From NCBI RefSeq assembly GCF_001194135.2, contig NC_068981.1:176273959-176331166 (forward strand): a stretch of 57,208 bases of DNA, written 5' to 3'. The stretch comes from Octopus bimaculoides. Taxonomy: Eukaryota. How positions within the stretch are numbered: position 1 is the stretch's first letter; each line of letters starts with the position of its first letter. The position numbers were made by a program, and so were the translations under genes. The notes beneath the pieces were generated by a model. The model saw nothing but the letters and a program-made list of their open reading frames with translations. It had not been told where the DNA came from and did not search any database. Shown here in pieces: positions 1 to 12,109 of this stretch.

Positions 1-360
1 ACATGCATACATACATACATGAATACATACATACATGAATACATACATATGTACATACATATGTACATACATGCATACATACATATATACATACATATGT
101 ACATAAATACATACATACATACATACATAAATACATACATATGTTCATACATGCATAGATGCATACATACATGCATACATACATACATACATACATGCAT
201 GCATACATGCGTACATACATGTATACATACATGTGTGCATACATGCATAGATGCATACATACATACATACATGAATACATACCTATGTATATACATGCAT
301 AGATACATACATACATGCATCCATGCATACATGCATGCATGCATACATATAAGCGTATGC
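1..360. repeat. (TACA)n/(TGCA)-type compound microsatellite
   Basis: Direct: continuous acat/atac/gcat units; the 141-aa ORF here is only its translation. Confidence 0.95.
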
Positions 361-645
361 ATCTTTTATCTTTTACTTGTGTCAGTCACTAGATTGTGGC
401 CATGCTGGGGCATCACCTTGAAGAATTTTAATCAAATGGTTTAACCCCAGTACATTTTTTTAAGGCTGGTACTTATTCTCTCTTTTACCAAACCGCTAAG
501 TTACAGGGATATAAACATACCAACACCAGTTGGTTAGCCCGAGGCTATAATTGAAGAAACTTGCCTAAAGTGCCACACAGTGAGATTGAGCCTGGAACTA
601 TATGGTTGGGAAGCAAGCTTCTCACCACATAGCCACACCTGTGCC
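361..645 (-). mobile_element. SINE family A (tRNA-headed), internally deleted copy
   Basis: Reverse complement of the head (tggct-tgtgg A-box-like, gttc B-box-like) and of the 3' part (catggcc-cag-tgactga-acaagtaaaaga) shared with many copies in the window. Confidence 0.85.
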
Positions 646-3189
646 TATGTATGCTTATACACACACACGCATACACACACACACACACGCATATATATAT
701 ATACACACACGACGGGCTTCTTTCAGTTCTGTCTACCAAATCCACTCACAAGGCTTTGGTCAGCCCGAGGCTATANNNNNNNNNNNNNNNNNNNNNNNNN
801 NNNNNNNNNNNNNNNNNNNNNNNNNNNNNNNNNNNNNNNNNNNNNNNNNNNNNNNNNNNNNNNNNNNNNNNNNNNATATATATATATATATGTATGTATG
901 TATGTATGCATATGTATGACAACTTCTGCATCCCTATTGCTAAGGAAAGAAAGATTGGATGAGGGGAAAAAGGAAAGAGTGAGCAAAGAATATTAAAAAG
1001 CAGGAGAGATAGATAAAGAGATAGAGAGATAAAGAGAGAGAGACAGACAGACAGAGAATGAGAATGAAAAATGAGTAGAAAATGTGCTGAATGACACAGC
1101 AATATGTACTGCAGGTTAGAGGTCACCACTGGTGGTCTACTATTGTTTTATACAGAAGATTCAGACTCAGGTGACATTTTCTGTTAAAGGAATGTTTATT
1201 TATTTATTTACTTTTTCAAATAATTTCCTCCTCCTCTTTCTCCTCCTTCCCTTCCTCCTTCTTATTCTCCTCCTACTCTATGGTTGTTGCATGTCAAATG
1301 TGCAAGTGCATTATCAAATCTGTTGCTAATTTTAAACCTCGTGCATTGTTGCTATCTGCCTTTGCCTTTGTGTCGTCTTTTCTTCTTTTTTTTTCTATGC
1401 GATGTGATTGCGACGTGCATGCATGATGTTTCTGTCTGTGTCTAAACATGTGTATGGATGCGTGCACGTATGTATATACGTACAAATACCTGCATGTCTA
1501 TGGTTTTATATATATATCTTTATATACCTATCTATTTAAACATATATATACATGAATACATACATATGTACATACATGCNNNNNNNNNNNNNNNNNNNNN
1601 NNNNNNNNNNNNNNNNNNNNNNNNNNNNNNNNNNNNNNNNNNNNNNNNNNNNNNNNNNNNNNNNNNNNNNNNNNNNNNNNNNNNNNNNNNNNNNNNNNNN
1701 NNNNNNNNNNNNNNNNNNNNNNNNNNNNNNNNNNNNNNNNNNNNNNNNNNNNNNNNNNNNNNNNNNNNNNNNNNNNNNNNNNNNNNNNNNNNNNNNNNNN
1801 NNNNNNNNNNNNNNNNNNNNNNNNNNNNNNNNNNNNNNNNNNNNNNNNNNNNNNNNNNNNNNNNNNNNNNNNNNNNNNNNNNNNNNNNNNNNNNNNNNNN
1901 NNNNNNNNNNNNNNNNNNNNNNNNNNNNNNNNNNNNNNNNNNNNNNNNNNNNNNNNNNNNNNNNNNNNNNNNNNNNNNNNNNNNNNNNNNNNNNNNNNNN
2001 NNNNNNNNNNNNNNNNNNNNNNNNNNNNNNNNNNNNNNNNNNNNNNNNNNNNNNNNNNNNNNNNNNNNNNNNNNNNNNNNNNNNNNNNNNNNNNNNNNNN
2101 NNNNNNNNNNNNNNNNNNNNNNNNNNNNNNNNNNNNNNNNNNNNNNNNNNNNNNNNNNNNNNNNNNNNNNNNNNNNNNNNNNNNNNNNNNNNNNNNNNNN
2201 NNNNNNNNNNNNNNNNNNNNNNNNNNNNNNNNNNNNNNNNNNNNNNNNNNNNNNNNNNNNNNNNNNNNNNNNNNNNNNNNNNNNNNNNNNNNNNNNNNNN
2301 NNNNNNNNNNNNNNNNNNNNNNNNNNNNNNNNNNNNNNNNNNNNNNNNNNNNNNNNNNNNNNNNNNNNNNNNNNNNNNNNNNNNNNNNNNNNNNNNNNNN
2401 NNNNNNNNNNNNNNNNNNNNNNNNNNNNNNNNNNNNNNNNNNNNNNNNNNNNNNNNNTGTGTGTGCATATCATTGTGTTTGTCTCCCTCCTTCACTCAAC
2501 AACCAGGGTTGGTTTGAATTTATTTCTGTAACTAAATGGTTTGACAAAATAGACAGATCAGATAAATAGCAGGGTTGATGTGTGTAATAAAAACCTTCAT
2601 TGAGAGACTACAGCTTGGCCACAGGGCTGGTTAAATAACAGCTGAGCACTAGGGTCGATGTCATTAACTTACTTCCATCCCCGAAATTTCTGGCCATGTG
2701 TCAAAATTTGAAACCAATATTACTGTTGTTGTTATAGTTAGTGTTGTTTTTTAATACTGTGCTTTTCAGCTAAAAAAATATACTTGTAGGAGCAGATGTA
2801 GCTGTGTGGTAAGAAGCTTGCTTTGCAACCACATGGTTCTGGGTTCAGTCCCACTGCACAGCACCTTAAGCAAGAGTCTTCAACTATANNNNNNNNNNNN
2901 NNNNNNNNNNNNNNNNNNNNNNNNNNNNNNNNNNNNNNNNNNNNNNNNNNNNNNNNNNNNNNNNNNNNNNNNNNNNNNNNNNNNNNNNNNNNNNNNNNNN
3001 ATGTATATATCATCGTCGTCGTCGTCATCATTATTATTTAACATCCGTTTTTCATGCTGACATGGTTGGACGGTTTGACTGAGGTCTGGAGAGCCAGTGG
3101 CTGCACCAGGCTCGAATCTGATCATATCAACTGGGACTCTCGTCGTCATAACTGACGTAATGCTCCTTTATATATGTACATATATATAT

Positions 3190-3961
3190 AGGGGGAAAGT
3201 AAGAAGAAAAATAAGTGAAAATGCACATTGGAAATCAAAAAAAGTAAAGGCTTTTTATGAAAAGTAACGATAGATATATAAAATTAGATGAACTGAGGTA
3301 GGAATAAAAGTAATAAAAGCCATTATTGCGAATTGTTAAAGAGATTCAAAAGCATACCGGTTTCGTAATGTTCCTAATCATTGCTTTGAATGCACACCGA
3401 TTACTGAATGGTGTCAGGTCTACTAGTCCCTGAGTAAAAAGATTATGTGTAAGGGAAGTAAGTAGTTCTGGATTTGTTGCTATTAAGGTAGATCTAGATC
3501 TGTAATGTGAATGGTGTATGGGATGTATGGGGGTTAATGGTATTAATTGAAAGTTTTGTAGTGTTCTGTATTATGTTATGTGTTCATATTTAGTTGTGGA
3601 AGATATTTATTGATGAAAGTTGACTCTTTATTCATTCTTTGTTGTATTGAGATGGTTTGTGAACATTGATAGAAGGGGAAAATTAGGAAATTAGGATCAA
3701 GATTTCTCTCACACCTTTCTATGTGTCCACTGACCTGTATCTGTCTGTATTGTGGGTGGCAGATTTCTTCTTTGGGGAGAGTAGTTCTTCGACAGAGTGA
3801 TATTCCTGTTTGGCCAATATAATTATTACCACACTGTAAGCATGTAATGGCATAGATTAGATTCTCCAAGGCACAGGTGAAATTTGATTTAATCTTAAAT
3901 ATTTCACCTTGTTTAAAGTGGAACTCTGAACCCTCCAAAAAGGTGGGGGCAAGTACCACAG

Positions 3962-3962
<1 letters not shown>
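3190..3962 (-). mobile_element. Penelope-like element (PLE) 3' fragment: GIY-YIG endonuclease coding end plus 3' UTR
   Basis: ORF 3576-4010(-) reads ..IKSNFTCALENLIYAITCLQCGNNYIGQTG..RRTTL..H..C..E..FINKYLPQLN*: LIY-YIG motifs with the PLE-type CxxC insert; truncated at a (TA)n tract near 3964. The AT-rich downstream region carries an HHR remnant. Confidence 0.88.
3349..3387 (-). ncRNA. Degenerate minimal hammerhead ribozyme in the PLE 3' region
   Basis: Minus strand AAAGCA-ATGATTA-GGAA ca TTAC-GAAA-CCGG-TA^-TGCTTT: 6-bp stem I, palindromic ACCGGT stem III, core CTGATGA altered at two positions. Confidence 0.65.
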
Positions 3963-3997
<35 letters not shown>

Positions 3998-4007
3998 TCA
4001 TCATCAT

Positions 4008-4449
4008 CATCGTTTAACGTCCACTTTCCATGCTAGCATGAGTTAGACGATTTGACTGAGGACTGGCAAACCGGATGACAGCACCAGGCTCCATTCTGAA
4101 TCTGGCAGAGTTTCTACTGCTAGATGCCCTTCCTAACGCCAACCACTCCGAGAGTGTAGTGGGTGCTTTTACGTGCCACCAGCACAGGTGCCAGTCCAGC
4201 GACACTGGCAACGACCTCACTCGAATGTTTTTTCAAATGGGGCTATTTACGTGCCACTGGCACGAAAGCCAGATAGCTGCTCTGGCAATGATCATTCTCG
4301 GACGGTACTGTTAGTGCTCCACTGGGACAGAAGCCAGTCATCGAATATGGTTCAATTATGATTTCGAGCCATCTGGTTTCACCAGTCCTCAGTCAAATCG
4401 TCTAACCCATGCTAGCATGGAAAGCAGACGTTAAATGATGATGATGATG

Positions 4450-4450
<1 letters not shown>
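4008..4450. mobile_element. Two family B (RTE-tailed) SINE pieces head-to-head, tails outward
   Basis: Left end catcgtttaacgtccactttccatgctagcatg.. is the reverse complement of right end ..catgctagcatggaaagcagacgttaaatgatgatg. Confidence 0.85.
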
Positions 4451-4482
<32 letters not shown>

Positions 4483-5027
4483 ATGCACTTCTTTCAGTTT
4501 CCATTTACCAAATTTACTCACAAGGCTTTGGTTGGCCTGAAGCTATAGCGGAAGACGCTTGCTCAAGGTGTCGTGCATTGGTTTCTGAACATGGAACCAT
4601 GTAGTTGGGAAGCAATCTTCTTACCAAACAGCCAAGCTTGCATCTGGTAGTTTTGTTATACTTGATATTGTTTATCGTTGACGCTGTTATGGATATTGTT
4701 GTTGGTTCCGATATGGTTGTTGTTGAGACTGCTGCTAGTGACTGTCGATATTATTGTTGGCACCGTCAGTTTTAGTATTGTTTTGGTTGTTATTTGTACT
4801 ATTTTCATGGATGCATTTGTTACAGGGTCATTGTTGGTATCATAGTTTTTGTTGATATTGTTATTACAGATACTGTTATATCTGTGTTAATGCTGTTGTT
4901 ATCGATATTTCTGTTGTTCAAGTTGTTGTTGTTATTGTCACTTATTATATTTTATTGCTTTTAATATTTTTGTTGTTGTTGTTCATGTGGCAAGCTGGTA
5001 GAACCGTTAAGATCCAGGCAAAATGCT

Positions 5028-5225
5028 TACTCTTTTACTTGTTTCAGTCATTTGACTGTGGCCATGCTGGAGCACCGCCTTTAGTTGAGCAAATCGACCA
5101 CAGGACTTATTTTTTGTAAGCCTAGTATTTGTTCTATTGGTCTCTTTTGTCGAACCGCTAAGTTATGGGGACGTAAACACACCAGCATCAGTTGTCAAGC
5201 AAGGTTGCGGGGACAAACACAGACA
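5028..5225 (-). mobile_element. SINE family A, 3' half
   Basis: ctcttttacttgtttcagtcatttgactgtggccatgctggagcaccgcctttagt.. matches the reverse complement of family A 3' ends. Confidence 0.9.
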
Positions 5226-5252
5226 TACAAACATACACACACACACACACAC

Positions 5253-5283
<31 letters not shown>

Positions 5284-5299
5284 TATATATATCATCATC

Positions 5300-5648
5300 A
5301 TCATCATCATCGTTTAACATCCGCTTTCCATGCTAGCATGGGTTGGACGATTTGACTGAGGACTGGTGCAACCGGATGGCTACACCAGACTCCAATCTAA
5401 TTTGGCAGAGTTTCTACAGCTGGATGCCCTTCCTAACGCCAACTACACTACGGGCTTGGTGCCACATAAAAAGCATATAGTACGTTTTGTGGAGTGGTTG
5501 GCATTAGGAAGGGCATCCAGCCATAGAAACCATACCAGAACAAAGAACGGAGCCTGGTGAGGCCCCTGGCCTTAACAGTTTCAGCCAAACCAGCCAACTC
5601 ATGCCAGCATCGAAAATGGCTGTTAAATGATGATGATGATGATGATGA
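5300..5648. mobile_element. Second head-to-head pair of family B SINE pieces
   Basis: Minus-strand tail at 5305-5445 and plus-strand ggttggcattaggaagggcatccag..gttaaatgatgatg at 5493-5648. Confidence 0.8.
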
Positions 5649-5718
5649 CATAGTATCCAATACGTCCTCATATTTTTAAAAACAGTAGATTATTTCATTT
5701 GATGGAGGCCTGACTACT

Positions 5719-5958
5719 GTTTCTTATTTCTCTATTGCCCACAAGGGGCTAAACATGGAGGGGACAAACAAAGACAGACAAAGGGATTAAGTCGATCACA
5801 TCGACCCCAGTGCGTGACTGGTACTTAATTTATCGAGCTCCGAAAGGATGAAAGACAAAGTCGACCTCAGCGGAATTTGAACTCAGAACGTAACGGCAGA
5901 CGAAATATCACTAAGCATTTCGCCCAGCGTACTAATGCTTCCGCGAGCTCGCCGCCTG
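5719..5958 (-). mobile_element. SINE family C (tRNA head plus Deu/Nin-like domain)
   Basis: Reverse complement of ggcgagctcgc..ttctgagttcaaattccgctgaggtcgactttgtctttcatcctttcgg..gataaattaagtaccag; the central motif resembles my recollection of the Deu/Nin SINE domain. Confidence 0.8.
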
Positions 5959-6064
5959 GCTACTGTTTCTACCACATCAATTTACCACATCAAAGCATTT
6001 TCATTTGGTTTTGTGTTAGCGACCTCATTGCTGCTTTTTGAGCTGCTGCCTCTATTATTATTAA

Positions 6065-6115
<51 letters not shown>

Positions 6116-6589
6116 ATTGCTGTTCTCACTGTCATTGCAGTATGTAAATTTTAGCTTTCACTTTAAATTCAAATTTGATACGCTTCATTTTAACATTTAA
6201 TTTATTATTATTTCCTTTATTTTTTTATTTACTTTTTTTTTTCATCTTATTGGGTTTCTGCCATATCTCCCTGACAGATCACAAATTCTGCTGATAATAA
6301 ATCATAAACACTATTTGGTTCTTTTCAACTACAAAGAACAAAGAAACCTTACAGAATAAAATAAAAAATAAATGGTACAGTGTAATAAGGACAATATTCT
6401 ATGGTGGAGTTGTGTTCAGGTTTCTGGAGTGTCAGCAAATTGTTTATAACTGCTATAAATATATTTTCAATTTGAAGATTTGAAAGCAAAAAAAGTAGTC
6501 TTCCAATGCTCACATGAATAGGCATGCATGTGCACGTATGTTTATATGCAATATATGTATGTCTCTGTATATATACATACACATCATCA

Positions 6590-6775
6590 TCATCGTTTAA
6601 CGTCCGCTTTCTATGCTAGCATGGGTTGGACGATTTGACTGAGGACTGGTGAACCAGAAGGCTGCGCCAGGCTCCAATCTGATCCGGCAGAGTTTCTACA
6701 GCTGGATACCCTTCCTAACGCCAACCATTCCGAGCGTGTAGTGGGGGATTTTACATGCCACCGGCACGAGGGTCA
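6590..6775 (-). mobile_element. SINE family B (RTE-type tail)
   Basis: catcgtttaacgtccgctttctatgctagcatgggttggacgatttgactgagg.. Confidence 0.85.
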
Positions 6776-6782
6776 GTCCATC

Positions 6783-7603
6783 ATCCTCATCATCATCGTT
6801 TTTGTCATTTAACGTGCATTGTCCATGCTGGCATGGGTTGGACGGTTTGACCGGAGCTGGTAAGCTGGAAGGCTGCACTAGACTCCAGTCTGATTTTGCA
6901 TGGTTTTCTATGGCTGGATGCTCTTCCTAATGCCAATCATTCTAAGAGTATAATTGTTGCTTTCACAGGTGCCATTTGCATGACACTGGGGTGCTTTTAC
7001 ATGCTACCTGCATGGGTGCCACGACTACGATTCTGCTCAGCTTGATGGGTCATCTTCTCAAGTACAACATAATGCAAAAGAACTCAGTCATTGCCTCCAT
7101 GACGCCCAACACTCAAAAGGAACTTTGCATCCGTGAGACCCAATGCTTGAAAGGTGTTCTTTACATGCCACCAGCACAGGTGCACTTGGCTTGATGGGTC
7201 CTCTCAAGCATAGCACATTGCCAAAGTCATTGTCTCTGTGACACTCAAAGTTTGAAGATCATGCTTCACTACCTCGTTCCATGTTTTCTTGTGTCTATCT
7301 CCATTACAGGTCCCCTCCACAGTTAGAGATCAGCACTTCTTTACACAGCTGTCATTGTCCATACACATCACATGACCATACCAGTGCAGTCGTCTCTCTT
7401 GCACACCATATCTGATTCCTCTAATGCCTAACTTTTCTCTCAAGATGCTCACACTCTGTTGAACATGCACACTGACATTGCACATCCAGTGAAGCATACT
7501 GGCTCTATTTCTTTCAAGCCTATGCATGTCATTGGCTGTCACAGCCCATGTTTCACTGTTCGCACACAGGCATCAAACAATCTGCCTTTTAGTCTGAGAC
7601 AAA
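6783..7603 (-). mobile_element. RTE-clade LINE, 5'-truncated 3' end (ORF C-terminus, 3' UTR, ATC-repeat tail)
   Basis: Frameshifted translation LRLKGRLFDACVRT..HRLERNRASMLHWMCNVS..LREKLGIRGIRYGVQERRLHWYGHVMCM: the RRLxWxGHVxRM motif of RTE ORF C-termini; ends in cccatgccagcatgg..cgttaaatga. Confidence 0.88.
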
Positions 7604-7948
7604 CTGGGAAACCGGGCCCATGAGCTTGGTTAGGCTTTAAAAGGGCGCAAGTGGAGGTGCAAGTGGTTAGGGTAGCAGACTCGCGGCCCGAGGATCGCGG
7701 TTTCAATTTCCAGACCGGGCTTTGTGTGTGTTTATTGAGCGAAAACACCTAAAGCTGCACATGGCTCCAGCAGGGGGTAGTGGCGACCCCTGTTGTACTC
7801 TTTCGCCCCAACTTTCTCTCACTTTTCCTTCCTGTTTCTTGAGTAATGCTGCGATGGACTGGTGTCCTGTCCAGCTGGGAGGAACACATATGCCATAGAA
7901 ACTGGGAAACCGGGCCCATGAGCCTGGCTAAGCTTTAAAAGGGCGCAT
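7604..7948 (+). mobile_element. SINE family D full copy preceded by an isolated copy of its own tail
   Basis: tRNA-like head gtggttagggtagcagactcgcgg..ggtttcaatttcc; the tail gaaactgggaaaccgggcccatgagc..aaaagggcgca occurs at ~7601-7649 and ~7899-7947. Confidence 0.85.
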
Positions 7949-7973
7949 AATAAATAAAAAATATATACATGCT

Positions 7974-8125
7974 AGGCTTCTTTCAGTTTCCATCTAGAAA
8001 ATCCACTCACAAGGCTTAGGGCAGCCCAAGGCTATAGTAGAAGACACCTGCCCAAGGTGCCACGCAGTAGGACTGCACCCAGAACTATGTGGTTGAGACA
8101 CAAGCTTCTTGCCACACAGCTATAA
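7974..8125 (-). mobile_element. SINE family A, 5' half
   Basis: ggcttctttcagtttc..cactcacaaggct..cccaaggtgccacgcagt..ccacacagc. Confidence 0.85.
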
Positions 8126-8659
8126 CTGCACCTACAGCAGCCATGATTGCACCAATAACTTTTCATAAAACCTTTTCCATCAGTTGGGAAGTCTTCAGTA
8201 ACATGAATTGGCTGTTATGAGACTAAATTCATTTCATATATATATATATGTGTGTGTTTGTGTATATATACACATGCACACGCACAAATATATATGTGTA
8301 TGTATGTAATGTAGAAGACCAGATTTTATGTCCAATGACAACAGCTCTCTAATGAAGTGTTGCTGAAAATCCATGAACAAAAACTAAATAAATTAAGAGT
8401 TAAAAAAATCTGAAATTTGTTCCTGAACAAAATCAAAGCTCCACCATGTGGGTTGCTGAGAAATCCTAGATTGATACTGTTTTATAGCAGAATCACATTA
8501 GATTAGAAAATAATGAAAATAGCTCGAGAAGGAATGTGTTCTGAATTTTAGTTAAACTTAGAATCCTGTGGTTAGTTGCAGATACGAATACGGAATTACA
8601 AATGACAAGGAAGGGAGCAGATATATTTCTGTTTTGTTGGAGTTGGAAGATAGAAAATA

Positions 8660-9345
8660 ATTGACAATGCAGACGATGATGATGGTGGTGGTAGTGCTGC
8701 ATGGTGGTGGTAGTGCTGCATGGTGGTGGTGGTGGTGGTACGTGGTAGTACGTGGTGGTGGTCACGGCTGCGGTAGTGGGGGTGGTGCTGGTGGTAGCGG
8801 TGGTGCCAGCAGTGGTAGTGCTGGTGATGGNNNNNNNNNNNNNNNNNNNNNNNNNNNNNNNNNNNNNNNNNNNNNNNNNNNNNNNNNNNNNNNNNNNNNN
8901 NNNNNNNNNNNNNNNNNNNNNNNNNNNNNNNNNNNNNNNNNNNNNNNNNNNNNNNNNNNNNNNNNNNNNNNNNNGGTGGTAATGGTGGCGGCAGTGGTGG
9001 TGGTGGTGATTCCAACGACGACGATGATGATGTTGATGATGGCAATGGTTGTGGTGGTGGGGGAGGAAAAAGAGGAGGAGGAGGAGGGTGGTAGTGGTGG
9101 TGGTGGTGGTGGTGATGCTTCTGAGGATGATGATAGTAGTGATGGTTATGAAGATGATGATGATGATGATTCTGACAATGATGGTGACGATGATGATGCC
9201 GACGATGATGATGTTGACAATGACAACAATGATGACAACAACAACGATGACAATAAAACACAATGATGACAATGACGATGATGATGCTAATAATGTGAAT
9301 GACGCTAATGATGACGACGATTGTTGCAGAGGTGATGGTTGCGAC
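8660..9345. repeat. Compound (GGT)n/(GAT)n trinucleotide low-complexity tract containing a gap
   Basis: Direct; poly-H/D/T/V ORFs appear in several frames on both strands. Confidence 0.9.
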
Positions 9346-9519
9346 AGTTGCGATGCCTTTAATAATGGCAACATTGTTGACAGTAATGGTTCGAACTGGA
9401 ACAAAACAAAGAAAAAACGACAAAGAACAAAAAAAGTCGAATCAAGTCAGTGCAGCAGGTGCAGGGGTCTGGAGTACGGGTGCGGTGGAAGGTGCAAATA
9501 AGGTTGCACACGTGTGATA

Positions 9520-10030
9520 TATGTGCATGAAATGCTTGGGTCTGTATGTAAATATACGTGTGTGCATGTAGAAATGTGTGCATGCATGTGTGTGCGCATG
9601 TATGTATATGTGGACATATGTGCATGCATGTGTGTCTCCGTGCATGTGCATGCATTATGCTTGTGTGCATGTATGTGAGTGTGTTGTGCATGTGTATGTT
9701 TATGCATGTATATCTGTATGCATGTGTGTATTATGTGTGCTTGTATGCTTGTGTGTGTGTATGTATGTGTGCTTGTATGTGTGTTTGTATGCATGTATGC
9801 TTGTGTGTGTGCATGTATGTATGCTTGTATATGTATGCTTGTATGCATGTATGCTTGTGTGTGTGCGTGTATGTATGTGTGCTTGTATGCATGCTTGTAT
9901 GTGTGTGCATGTATGTGTACACGTATGTATGTGTGCACATGTGCATGTATGCATTATGCGTGCATATGTACATATGTGCATGTAATGGGATGCAGATAAT
10001 GATGCTTGCACAGATGTGTATATACATGTA
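9520..10030. repeat. (TG)/(TGCA)/(TATG) compound microsatellite
   Basis: Direct. Confidence 0.9.
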
Positions 10031-11052
10031 TTCCATGCTTCTACTTGAGTGAGACTGTGTGGGTGTTAGAGTTTGAGTGGGTGAATGAGTGTAAGAAAGA
10101 TTGTGTAGGTGTGTGTTTGCCTAAAAGAAGAGTTTCTTCTGCATCTTTCTTGTGAGCTGAAGAGGATCTCTCATACTTTTCACAAACAGCAATGGCTAAA
10201 AGCAATATCACCCTCTCCCATCCATTTCCACTCCACTTCGCTCATCTTACTCTTTGTTTCACCCTTTCTGTCAATTCTGTTCTCATGGAGCTAACCAACC
10301 GACCAGCCAGCCAACCATTCATTTCTCCCTCCTTTCTCCTTTCGCTTCTCAAAAACCTAAAAATCCCATTCCTTAACCATCATTCCCAACCAACTTCTCT
10401 CCCTCCCATCCACCAGACCCCCTCAAGGATGGTTATCGTTGCCAAAGTGAAACAGAGAGACAATTTCAGAATCACTGAAGAGTTTCTTGTTGCAGACAAA
10501 AATTGCTTATTGAGGGAAAATTCCGTCTCCACAAGTGACAATATTGTTTAATGAAGATAACGGAAATTAACTACAAAAATTTATAAAGCGCAGGGGTGAA
10601 AAACATTATCCCTTCACATTCCAGACATTCCTTTTGCAGACATTCCATCTATCCCCCTTCCCTCCACTGTTATTGGAATCCCTCTTATTAAAAAGCTCTT
10701 CATTTCACGCCTTAGCTATAATTTCCCAGTCCTGTTTCAGTCAGTTTACCTAATGGGATTTTGTTCCTGTATTTGCATGTACTGATTGTGCAGAATTCTG
10801 TAAACTATTTTATTATTTCTGAGCTTAGATCTAAACCATCTCATTACTTACTGGATGCTACCTACAACCATCACCAACACCGTCACTTGATAACTACCAG
10901 TAACAGCAGCAGCAACAGCACCATCATCATCATCAAAGATTTTTGGTATTGTTGCTATACTTCTTTCCTGTACAGGTTACTTGTTAGCAGCAAATACCTA
11001 TATTTATTCCAAGCATGCGTCTTTGTTCCTCGTGGTTTGCGCATATGATCTT

Positions 11053-11730
11053 GTGAAAATCATCATCGTCATCGTTATCGTCGTCATCGTCATCATCATC
11101 ATCATCATCATCATTATCATTGTCGTTGTCGTCATTGTTGTAGTCATTATCTTCGTCATCACGATCATCGTCGTCGTCGTCGTCGTCATTGTCATTATCA
11201 TCATCACCATCATCGTCGTTGTCATCGTCGTCATCATCATTACCATCATCGCTGTCATCACCACCCCCATCACCACCATCACCATCACCACCACCACCAC
11301 CACCACCACAACTACCACTGTCATTACCAGCATGTATGTGTGTATAAGTGTGTGTGTGTATCTGTCTGTCTGTCCATTGGTATGTGTGTGTGTGTGTACG
11401 TTTGTCTGTCCGTCATCATTGACGTCGTCATCATCATCGTCGTCATTGTCATCACTGTTGTTGTCATCATCTTCGTCATTACAATCATCATCATCGTCGT
11501 CATCATTGCCATTATCATCATCATCGTCATCGTCATCATTGCCATTATCATCATCATCGTCATCGTCATCATTGTCGTCATCGTTGTCATCATCACCACC
11601 ATCACCACCACCACCATCACCACCACTACCACAACTACCACTGTCATTTACCAACAACTATTTGTGTGTAAGTGTGTGTGTGTGTGTGTGTCTGTCTGTC
11701 TGTCTGTGTGTCTGTCCTTTGGTGTGTGTG
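11053..11730. repeat. Tandem duplication of a ~340-bp (ATC)n-(ACC)n-(TG)n low-complexity unit
   Basis: Both units end caccacaactaccactgtcatt(t)acca..tgtgtg-taagtgtgtgtgtg..ctgtctgtc..gtcc-ttgg. Confidence 0.75.
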
Positions 11731-12109
11731 TATGCATATATGCTTGTTTACTTCTCTGAAACGGTTCGGTTGTTTTCTCAATACAATATTTCCTTGCAAT
11801 GTAAATACAGTGTTACGTTTCCTTTGTTACCATCTCATTGCATTCTTCCTGGCATTCACAACTCTGTTGCAATCTCCATATCTGTTGCAATCTTTTCTAT
11901 TGTCATTTTACCACTTGCATGTTTGTACATGCACATCTGTACATGTGCATGACTGCATGTGCATGTGTGTGTGTGCATGCACGTGCATGCATGTGTGTCT
12001 ATATGTATGGCCCTATATTGCAACAATCACCCACCAGCCCACCACCATCACATCCCATTATCTTCCATTTGTAAAGCAACAATGTTCTAATAACTCACAC
12101 AGAAATAAT

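Noticed and set aside
10192-10760. Non-repetitive-looking stretch with a 119-aa ORF
   Set aside because: No recognisable motif, no convincing splice sites, and the ORF start is pyrimidine-rich low complexity.
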